A model generated the notes under the pieces. It saw nothing but the letters and a program-made list of their open reading frames with translations, was not told the DNA's origin and made no database searches. A stretch of DNA of 64,000 nucleotides, taken from Bdellovibrionota bacterium (lineage in GTDB: Bacteria; Bdellovibrionota_G; JALEGL01; DATDPG01). Location of the stretch: the NCBI GenBank assembly GCA_963668355.1, contig OY764265.1:352001-416000 (forward strand), written 5' to 3'. Positions 1-7,345 of the stretch are shown here, piece after piece. The position numbers and the translations under genes were made by a program. Within the stretch, counting starts at the first letter, position 1. Each line of letters opens with the position of its first letter.

Positions 1-547
1 CGAAATCCTCTTCGACCTCCCCAAGCAAGTCACTTTCGATAAAACGAATGTCCAAGCCGAGAGATTCCGCGTTCAAACGCGCGACGTCCAAAGCTTCTGC
101 GGAAATATCTGTGGCCGTCATCTGAATGTTGGGACCATTTTTTTTCAAGGCCAATGCAATCGCGCCCGATCCCGTTCCCACATCGCACACTCGGGGTTCA
201 GTCCACCCATGGGCTTCAATCCATTGCAACGCCTCATCGACCAGAAGCTCCGTTTCCGGCCGAGGAATCAAGACCCGTTCATCCACGGTTAACGGTAATG
301 CATAAAACTCTCGTTCTTTTGTGAGATACGCCACAGGCGTTCCGGCTCTTCGTTTTTCGACCAAAGCGCGAAATCGATCTCTTTCTTCCTGGGTCACAGG
401 TCGATCGTATTGGAGATAAAGCCCTACACGATCGGTGTTCAAAGCCGATGAAAGAAGAATTTCAGCCGAACGCCGAGGTCCGTCCAACCCCCGTCCCTGA
501 AAATCTTCCGTAGCCCACTGAAGAAGTCGAGCCGCAGTCCAGGTCAC
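1..547 (-). CDS. prmC: Release factor glutamine methyltransferase PrmC/HemK (C-terminal part runs off the window)
   Basis: Translated by hand from GTG at 547: MTWTAARLLQWATEDF...VLIPRPETELLV...DVGTGSGAIALAL. Lies directly after prfA. Confidence 0.93.
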   Translation of the reverse strand, partial: MTWTAARLLQWATEDFQGRGLDGPRRSAEILLSSALNTDRVGLYLQYDRPVTQEERDRFRALVEKRRAGTPVAYLTKEREFYALPLTVDERVLIPRPETELLVDEALQWIEAHGWTEPRVCDVGTGSGAIALALKKNGPNIQMTATDISAEALDVARLNAESLGLDIRFIESDLLGEVEEDF

Positions 548-548
548 T

Positions 549-1616
549 TCAGCTCTCTTCCCCCTTCAACAATTCCATTTGATGCTGCGTGCGCAATTGG
601 CTCACGACCTCATCCAGATCACCCTCTAACACCGCGTCTAAACGATGTAGTGTGAGGCCTATTCGGTGATCGGTGATTCGATTTTGTGGAAAGTTATACG
701 TTCGAATCCGCTCACTTCGATCCCCAGAACCCACCATGGATCTCCTGGCACTCGTGATGCTTTCATTCTGTTTCGCCTGCTCCTGTTCCAAGAGTCTGGC
801 TCGCAACACTTTCATGGCTTTGGCCTTATTCTTGTGCTGGGATTTTTCGTCCTGGCAAATGACAACCAAGCCGCTAGGAATATGCGTAATTCGCACCGCC
901 GAATCGGTCGTGTTCACGCTCTGGCCCCCAGGGCCTCCGGCCCGCATCACATCGATTTTTAGTTCCTTCGGATCAATCTTGACATCCACGTCCTCGGCCT
1001 CAGGAAGAACGGCAACCGTAACCGCCGACGTATGAATCCGACCGGATGTTTCGGTTACCGGTACGCGCTGCACACGGTGTACGCCCCCCTCAAACTTAAG
1101 TTGGCTGTAAGCACCGTCGCCTTCCAATAAGACGATGGCCTCTTTTAGACCCCCAAGGCCCGTCTCATTCTTGGAAACAATGTCAACCTTCCAGCGTTTT
1201 CGTTCGGCAAATCGAAGATATAAACGAAAAAGTTCTGCAGCAAAGAGAGCGGCTTCTTCCCCTCCCGTACCTGCCCGAATTTCGATGAAAACGTTCTTTT
1301 CATCGTTGGGATCTTTCGGAAGCAGGAGAAGTTTCAACTCGCCTTCCAACTCTACTTTCTTCGTCTCCAGAATCTCGACCTCAGAGCGGGCCAAGTCTTC
1401 CATTTCTGGATCTCCACTGGAAAGAAGTTCGCGACTATCCGCCAACTCCTGTTCGACTTTTTGGTATTGACGAAAACAGCCTACAATTTGTTTTAAATCA
1501 GAAAACTCTTTGGAAATTTTTTGAAACTCATCCTGACGCGCAATGATTTTGGGATCCGAGAGCTTAGCAGACAACTCTTCGTACCGAGCTTCAACTTCCT
1601 TGAGTTTCGCAAACAT
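549..1616 (-). CDS. prfA: Peptide chain release factor 1
   Basis: GGQ motif (GPGGQSVN), PVT recognition loop (RVPVTE), [14 protein letters not shown]. Confidence 0.98.
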   Translation of the reverse strand: MFAKLKEVEARYEELSAKLSDPKIIARQDEFQKISKEFSDLKQIVGCFRQYQKVEQELADSRELLSSGDPEMEDLARSEVEILETKKVELEGELKLLLLPKDPNDEKNVFIEIRAGTGGEEAALFAAELFRLYLRFAERKRWKVDIVSKNETGLGGLKEAIVLLEGDGAYSQLKFEGGVHRVQRVPVTETSGRIHTSAVTVAVLPEAEDVDVKIDPKELKIDVMRAGGPGGQSVNTTDSAVRITHIPSGLVVICQDEKSQHKNKAKAMKVLRARLLEQEQAKQNESITSARRSMVGSGDRSERIRTYNFPQNRITDHRIGLTLHRLDAVLEGDLDEVVSQLRTQHQMELLKGEES

Positions 1617-1643
1617 GTAGATGCGCCAGGAAGTACGCCAGAA

Positions 1644-1865
1644 CTAATTCTTTGACTTGCCCGTTGAAACGTTTGCGTATTTTTTTCGGAATCGTTCGAT
1701 TCGTCCGGCACTGTCGATCAATTTTTGAGTTCCTGTGAAAAAAGGATGACACTTGGAACAAATTTCTACAGAGATCTCAGATTGGGTGGATCGGGTGGGA
1801 ATCTCGTTGCCACACGCGCACCGGATGGTGGTCTCATTATATTTCGGATGGATCTTGTCTTTCAC
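1644..1865 (-). CDS. rpmE: 50S ribosomal protein L31 (Zn-binding type)
   Basis: KDKIHPKY...CACG...[10 protein letters not shown]. Start moved to GTG 1865, which has an AGGAG SD upstream. Confidence 0.96.
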   Translation of the reverse strand: MKDKIHPKYNETTIRCACGNEIPTRSTQSEISVEICSKCHPFFTGTQKLIDSAGRIERFRKKYANVSTGKSKN

Positions 1866-2008
1866 CTTAATTCTCCTTACAAGCGGTGGCGGCTTATAGC
1901 ATAGGGGCCGACGAGAGACAACCTTCTCTCCACTTCTTCCCTCAAAATCCCCCAAAAGACATGAATTTCCCTGGCCAGATGCTTAAGTTCATGAAATGAA
2001 AGGGAGAT

Positions 2009-3085
2009 ATGAATCAACCCAGTCTACCCAATCTCTTTCAGGCTTGCGCATATCGGTATGCAAAGGAGCCCTTTTTATACGCGCAGAGCTCAGAAAGTGA
2101 TTGGTTTTCAAAGACTTGGGATGAAATCGCCCTGGCGGTTCATCGAATGGGCTCGGGCCTACTGTCTGAGTCGATCGCTCCCGGAGATTCCGTTGGAATC
2201 TGGGCTCAAAACTCGATTCCCTGGGTCATTTTGGATTTGGCCGCCCTTTCCATTGGAGCTTGCCCCCTCGCCATTCCCGTTTCGACCTCTCAACTTGAGC
2301 TCAAAGAGTGGGTCCAAAAGCACAACATCAAGCTCTTGGTCGTGGATTCCTGGAACGAGTGGAAACAAATTCGTTCGTGGAAAAAAAGCTCTCCTCAACT
2401 GAATACGGTCGTCGTTTTAAACGAACCTCACGAAACGGAACGGATTGAAAAAGATGCCATCGGTTTCGACGAATTGATGCAAAATGAAATGGCTCAAAGT
2501 CCTCAGTCTTTTTTCGAACGGTTGGCTGCGATTTCGCCCGAAGACCCAGCCCTCTTTTTGGCTCCGGGTCATTGCCTTTCTCACCAAGAACTCGCTAACG
2601 AAATACTTGAGATGGCCAAACACCTTCCGCTTCGTTCGGGGGATCTCCATTTGTCTCAAATATCTCTCTCAAACCCCTTAGAACGTCTGGGACTATATTC
2701 CTTGATCACGTTGGGAGGGCGCATCGCCTATCCCTCTTCGCCGAGTACAGCCTTCCACCACATGAAATCTTTGGAGCCTTCCCTTACGATTGCCCTGACG
2801 GATGATCTTCAAAAACTCAAAGACGATCTTGAAAGCACCGTTCAAGATCGAAACTTTCTGGCCAGACATCTTTTTAAGCGATTTACTTCCTCCCCAGCCA
2901 CGCAAGGGTTATCTCGAAAGCTCAAAAACAAATTGGTTTTGTCTTCCACGCGCCAACACCTGGGGAAGAATTTTCGCCTCATCATTTGTGAACAGTCTCG
3001 ACTGTCCGGAGAAGAGCTGTTCTTCTTCGAGAATCTCGGAGTTTCGATTGAGCGAAAAGAAACGCCTTCTCCACCTCTCACCTAA
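2009..3085 (+). CDS. Truncated, degenerate long-chain acyl-CoA synthetase-like (AMP-binding N-terminal fold) protein
   Basis: N-terminus resembles FadD15/ACSL (TWDEIA..., GDSVGIWAQNSIPWVILDLAALSIGA). The YTSGTTGxPKG loop and the C-terminal domain are absent. Confidence 0.7.
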   Translation: MNQPSLPNLFQACAYRYAKEPFLYAQSSESDWFSKTWDEIALAVHRMGSGLLSESIAPGDSVGIWAQNSIPWVILDLAALSIGACPLAIPVSTSQLELKEWVQKHNIKLLVVDSWNEWKQIRSWKKSSPQLNTVVVLNEPHETERIEKDAIGFDELMQNEMAQSPQSFFERLAAISPEDPALFLAPGHCLSHQELANEILEMAKHLPLRSGDLHLSQISLSNPLERLGLYSLITLGGRIAYPSSPSTAFHHMKSLEPSLTIALTDDLQKLKDDLESTVQDRNFLARHLFKRFTSSPATQGLSRKLKNKLVLSSTRQHLGKNFRLIICEQSRLSGEELFFFENLGVSIERKETPSPPLT

Positions 3086-3188
3086 AAATAGCCTTTTTAT
3101 CCTTTATTATTAAATACTTGAACGTTTTTACACGGTTTTTGAAATTCTGTGCTAAGGTGCCTTCGTTCTAAGTGCATGGGGGCATGAA

Positions 3189-5087
3189 TTGAGTTCAACC
3201 ACAAAACGCAAAACAAAACCGGTTCTTCCTGTGCTTCAAGAAATGAAGCCATCGAAGGTGTTTTGCAATGCCATTGTCGAAGAGCCCGCCAACACACTCG
3301 TTCCAGGTAAAGGAGCCGGAATGTGGCTCTTGGACAAAGAAACCATGCAGGTTCTTTGGGTCAATGAAGTTATGGAAGAGATTTATGGGCCCTTGGAAAA
3401 GATTCAAGGAAAGCATTGCTATGAAGCCTTTCGGAAAAGATCGAAAGCTTGCGAAGAGTGTTTGCCTCAAAAAGCCTCCGAAACCGGAAACATCGTAACC
3501 GGGTACATCTCTCGAATCACCCGAGGAGGCATTCATCGTCATTACCAAGTCATCGAAACCCCGATGGTGGATGAAAGTCAGAAGACGAATCGCGTTCTAG
3601 AAATCGTGTTGGATGTTACCGAGAAAATTCGAATGGAACAGACCATTCAGAATTCTGAACGAGAACATCGGGCTCTGTTTGAACATGCAGGCATTGCGGT
3701 TTCTGTAAGCGATCAAGATGGAAAACTGCTTAAGGTCAATCAAGCTTTCGAAAACCTTTCAGGCTACCCCCGCAGCAAGATTGAAGACAAAATGAACCAG
3801 TCGGAGTTCATTCACCCCAGAGATCTTCATCGAATCACGCGATACAGCAAAGACCGGGCCCGAAAGGGGAAGAACCCTCCCACCAGCTATGATTTCACGT
3901 TCTTGGATCGAAAGAAGAACGAACGCTTGGTTCAAATCGTTGTCAGCACCATGCCCAATGGCAACCAGATTTGTTCGATTACCGACATCACAGAGCAGAA
4001 AAAACTCGAGAAGGAAATTCGGGATAAAGAGCAACTCCTCAATAACATTCTTCGCCATTCTGTAGAGGCCATCATCGCGACCGACCCCAAAGATCAGATT
4101 CGATCATGGAATCACGGCGCGAAACTCATGTTTGGCTATTCTCAACAAGAAGTCCTGGGTCGAAAACTTCGGTTTTTATTTACGCCGGAATTTAGAAGAA
4201 GCAAAAAACTCTCGGCCATCAACAAAGAGTTCCACAAAAAAAGTTTCATCAAAGCCTTTGAGGCGCATGGAAAAACCAAAGACGGCAAACATATCCTTTT
4301 GGAAATCACACGAACGGCGCTCTTGGACGAGAATGGGAAAGAACAAGGAAGCTCTGCCATCCTTCGAGATGTAACCGAGTTACGGCGCTTGGAACGACAG
4401 AACGTTGACCAAGAAAAGATGGTGGCCCTAGGAGAAATGGCTGCCAGCCTGGCCCATGAAATCAAAAATCCGCTCAACTCCATGGTGATCAACCTTGAAG
4501 TGCTAAAGAACCATTTCAACCTGGCTTCATCGGCCAAAAAAGAGACATACTATCGATACATCGGGATCATCGAGTCTGAGGTTAAACGTTTGGATAAGGT
4601 CATGCGTGGAGTCTTGGATTTTTCAAAACCCATGAAAACGCCCTTTGCTCAGGTCGACCTGGAAAAATCGATTCGACAAGTTCTCACGCTGGTCTCCCCC
4701 GAAGCCAAAAAAAACAAAATCACAATCAAAACAAAGATTTCGGAAAACCTCCCCCGCGTGGATGGTGTTGAAGATTACATGAAGCAAATTCTCCTCAACC
4801 TCACACTCAATTCATTTCAAGCCATGTCCAACGGAGGGGTTTTTTCGATCGAGTGCATGTCAAACAACGACCATCAAGTTCAAATGCACATTAAAGATAC
4901 TGGATGTGGAATTCCCCGAAAGAATGTGAATCGAATTTTTGATTTGTATTTCTCGACAAAAGAGAAAGGGAGTGGTTTAGGACTTCCTCTTGTTAAGCGC
5001 TTGGTGACTGTCCAAGGGGGAAGTATTGAATTCTCAAACCGGCCCAAAGGGGGAACCCAGTTCACGCTGACATTTCCTCATACGTAG
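3189..5087 (+). CDS. Cytoplasmic multi-PAS sensor histidine kinase (NtrB-like)
   Basis: Three PAS-like repeats, H-box LAHEIKNPL, N-box QILLNLTLNS, DTGCGI and GSGLGL boxes. No transmembrane segment. Confidence 0.95.
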   Translation: MSSTTKRKTKPVLPVLQEMKPSKVFCNAIVEEPANTLVPGKGAGMWLLDKETMQVLWVNEVMEEIYGPLEKIQGKHCYEAFRKRSKACEECLPQKASETGNIVTGYISRITRGGIHRHYQVIETPMVDESQKTNRVLEIVLDVTEKIRMEQTIQNSEREHRALFEHAGIAVSVSDQDGKLLKVNQAFENLSGYPRSKIEDKMNQSEFIHPRDLHRITRYSKDRARKGKNPPTSYDFTFLDRKKNERLVQIVVSTMPNGNQICSITDITEQKKLEKEIRDKEQLLNNILRHSVEAIIATDPKDQIRSWNHGAKLMFGYSQQEVLGRKLRFLFTPEFRRSKKLSAINKEFHKKSFIKAFEAHGKTKDGKHILLEITRTALLDENGKEQGSSAILRDVTELRRLERQNVDQEKMVALGEMAASLAHEIKNPLNSMVINLEVLKNHFNLASSAKKETYYRYIGIIESEVKRLDKVMRGVLDFSKPMKTPFAQVDLEKSIRQVLTLVSPEAKKNKITIKTKISENLPRVDGVEDYMKQILLNLTLNSFQAMSNGGVFSIECMSNNDHQVQMHIKDTGCGIPRKNVNRIFDLYFSTKEKGSGLGLPLVKRLVTVQGGSIEFSNRPKGGTQFTLTFPHT

Positions 5088-5108
5088 TAAGAAAGGATTG
5101 ATGTAGTC

Positions 5109-6497
5109 ATGACAGAGCCTGAAGCCATATTTGAAGTTCCTTCTTCAGCCAAACGAATCCTCGTGGTGGATGATGAAGATTCGGCCCGCCTTGGATTGGC
5201 TGAACTCTTGGAAAGTTGGGGTTACGTAACCGAAACGGCCGAAGATGGACGTGTGGCCATCACAAAAATGAAGTCCTTTCACCCGCACCTCATCCTCTGT
5301 GATTTGGTCATGCCCCGCATGGATGGACTGGCGTTGCTCAAGAAAATTAAGCCGGAAGAAACGCTCTTCATCATGTTGACGGCGCAGGGGACCATCGACT
5401 CTGCCGTCGACGCGGTAAAATCCGGCGCCTATGACTACCTCACAAAACCTGTGGACATTGTCCGATTAAAACATCTTCTTGAAAACTTAAGTCAAAAGAT
5501 GGAAACCGAGGACGAAGTAAAGCGACTTCGACGGCAACTCAGACAACTCGGTTCGTTTGGAAAACTCATCGGAACAACACCCGCGATCCAGGATGTGTTC
5601 CATCAAATCGAGTTGGCCGCACCCAGCACAGCCTCGGTCATCATTTATGGGGCCAGCGGAACCGGGAAAGAGCTGGTGGCTCGAGCGATTCATGACATGA
5701 GCCCTCGAAGCAATGGACCGTTTGTACCCATCAATTGTTCGGCCATTCCCGGCACACTTTTGGAAAGCGAATTATTCGGTCACGAAAAAGGGGCTTTCAC
5801 CGGTGCCATCAAAACCAAAGAGGGCTGTTTTGAGCTGGCTGACGGGGGAACGTTATTCTTGGATGAAATTGCCACCATGGCCATTGACCTTCAAAGCAAA
5901 CTCCTACGCGTTTTGGAGAATGGCACGTTTCGTCGCGTTGGCGGAAAAGAAGAACTCCACACCAAAGTCCGAATCATTGCCGCTTCCAATATTGAACTCG
6001 AAGAAGCCATCAAAGAGGAAATGTTTCGGCAAGACCTCTACTACCGCCTCAACGTTTTTCAATTGGGTCTTCCGAAACTCAAAGAACGCATTGCGGACAT
6101 TCCCATTTTGGCTCAGCATTTCATCGAAGAGTTCGCCAAAATCAATCAAAAGAAAGTTCGCAGCATCTCTCCCAATGCCTTAAATGTTTTAAAAAACCAT
6201 GATTGGCCGGGAAATGTTCGTGAACTTCGAAACACCATGGAAAGAGCCGTCATCGTCTCACGCTCTCGAATCATTCAGGCAGAAGATCTTCCAGAAAACA
6301 TTCGCGAAAATAAAACCGAAGGCCCCAGCATCACCGTTTCGCTGGGAACCACCATCGAAGATATGGAACGCCTCATGATTCAACGAACCTTGGATTTTGC
6401 GGGAGGCAACAAGACTGAAGCAGCCAAGACGTTGGGAATCAGTTTGAAAACGCTTCACAACAAACTCAACCGCTTCCGAACAAAAGGCCATATATAG
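5109..6497 (+). CDS. Sigma54-dependent response regulator (NtrC/AtoC family: REC-AAA+-HTH)
   Basis: REC (VVDDE, DLVMP), Walker A GASGTGKE, ESELFGHEKGAFTGA, WPGNVRELRN, Fis-type HTH. Confidence 0.97.
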   Translation: MTEPEAIFEVPSSAKRILVVDDEDSARLGLAELLESWGYVTETAEDGRVAITKMKSFHPHLILCDLVMPRMDGLALLKKIKPEETLFIMLTAQGTIDSAVDAVKSGAYDYLTKPVDIVRLKHLLENLSQKMETEDEVKRLRRQLRQLGSFGKLIGTTPAIQDVFHQIELAAPSTASVIIYGASGTGKELVARAIHDMSPRSNGPFVPINCSAIPGTLLESELFGHEKGAFTGAIKTKEGCFELADGGTLFLDEIATMAIDLQSKLLRVLENGTFRRVGGKEELHTKVRIIAASNIELEEAIKEEMFRQDLYYRLNVFQLGLPKLKERIADIPILAQHFIEEFAKINQKKVRSISPNALNVLKNHDWPGNVRELRNTMERAVIVSRSRIIQAEDLPENIRENKTEGPSITVSLGTTIEDMERLMIQRTLDFAGGNKTEAAKTLGISLKTLHNKLNRFRTKGHI

Positions 6498-6589
6498 CCA
6501 TATAAACCCATACGTACTTTTTACACGTTTAAGCATTCTTAGCATATTTTTCTAACTATTTAATTTTTATACGTTTTTTAGGTTGGAAA

Positions 6590-6602
6590 TGTAAAAGTTA
6601 CG
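6590..6602. promoter_or_regulatory. Putative upstream activator site (TGTAA-N3-TTAC) for sRNA promoter 1
   Basis: TGTAAAAGTTACG, ~115 bp upstream of the sigma54 site. A related CGTACTTTTTACA lies at 6513-6525 and the motif recurs upstream of promoter 2. Confidence 0.55.
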
Positions 6603-6705
6603 TGTGATTCCCACGCGCAAGGCCTTTAAAAAATCTTAACGAACCGAGATAGAATTTATTCAATTATTTTAAGTGGATAGAGATGTCGCATTCCGCACCC
6701 CTTTT

Positions 6706-6721
6706 TGGTATGCGACTTGCT
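6706..6721 (+). promoter_or_regulatory. Sigma54 (-24/-12) promoter 1
   Basis: TGGTATGCGACTTGCT: GG(6707-8)-N10-GC(6719-20), close to TGGCACG-N4-TTGCW. Confidence 0.8.
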
Positions 6722-6731
6722 AACCCCAATG

Positions 6732-6916
6732 TCAAAGCTAGGAACAAGACTTAGCCTAGGGTATTTGAGAGCACTCTATTTGCCACTACCTCATTTCCCC
6801 CTACGCAATGGTCTGTAGAGTTTCCCTGACTAAGTAAGTTCCTGGTTAATACAGATAGATGGCCCGAGGTGCTGCCCTTCCCCTCCTTCGACAGCGCTTC
6901 GGGCCATCTTCTTTGT
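6732..6916 (+). ncRNA. Putative sigma54-dependent sRNA, copy 1 (two hairpins with C-rich loops)
   Basis: Long stem-loop 6736-6847 (AGCTAGGAAC/GTTCCTGGTT, ACTTAG/CTAAGT, ACTCTA/TAGAGT) with apical ACCTCATTTCCCCCTACG. An 18-bp hairpin 6857-6874/6892-6909 has loop CCCTTCCCCTCCTTCGA and a U-rich tail. Ends are approximate. Confidence 0.75.
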
Positions 6917-6943
6917 GTGTATTTTCTTCCCCCACATCTCAAA

Positions 6944-6988
6944 TGTAATTTTTACACTACCGCTTCGACCTCCCGTGTAAAAAATACC
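6944..6988. promoter_or_regulatory. Putative tandem upstream activator sites for sRNA promoter 2
   Basis: Perfect palindrome TGTAATTTTTACA (6944-6956) and TGTAAAAAATACC (6976-6988), 32 bp apart. Confidence 0.6.
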
Positions 6989-7086
6989 TTATTTGGACTT
7001 TCTTCCATCATCACGAATCTGACGGAAAATTTTTTATTCCTTTGTTTTTAATGGGTTATGTTTTTTTCTTGAGTGTTTTTTAAGTT

Positions 7087-7102
7087 TGGCACAAATCATG
7101 CT
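7087..7102 (+). promoter_or_regulatory. Sigma54 (-24/-12) promoter 2
   Basis: TGGCACAAATCATGCT: GG(7088-9)-N10-GC(7100-1). Confidence 0.82.
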
Positions 7103-7112
7103 GTTCCGGTGG

Positions 7113-7311
7113 GCGAAGTTGATCTTTGAAATTGCGATTCTTTTAGTATAGAGCCTTTGGCTTCATGGTGAATGCCACCTCATTTCCCCCTACGAACTGG
7201 CATTCCCGTTAAGTGACGCCTAGGGAACGAACGAATCGCATATATAAGCGCCCCGATCTTTGGATGTTATTCCCTCCTTCAAAATCATCCTTGGTCGGGG
7301 CGTCTTAATTT
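7113..7311 (+). ncRNA. Putative sigma54-dependent sRNA, copy 2 (paralog of copy 1)
   Basis: Stems TGCGATTC/GAATCGCA (7133-40/7233-40) and GAATGCCA/TGGCATTC (7170-77/7198-7205) present the same 18-mer (7177-7194). The 3' hairpin CGCCCCGATC/GGTCGGGGCG plus GGATG/CATCC has CCCTCCTTC in its loop. Ends are approximate. Confidence 0.75.
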
Positions 7312-7345
7312 CCAGGAAGAAACCCGACTTCACCTCGCCAAAGAT

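Noticed and set aside
1866..1955. N-terminal extension of L31 in the ORF track
   Set aside because: An SD and GTG at 1865 give a normal-length L31.
6788..7194. The 18-bp direct repeat as a CRISPR array or att site
   Set aside because: Only two copies, 389 bp apart, with no cas or integrase gene; both sit in hairpin loops.
7108..7339. Long-range pairing GGTGGGCGAAGTTG / CGACTTCACCTCGCC enclosing sRNA copy 2
   Set aside because: The 5' arm begins before the predicted TSS and copy 1 has no equivalent; may be chance.
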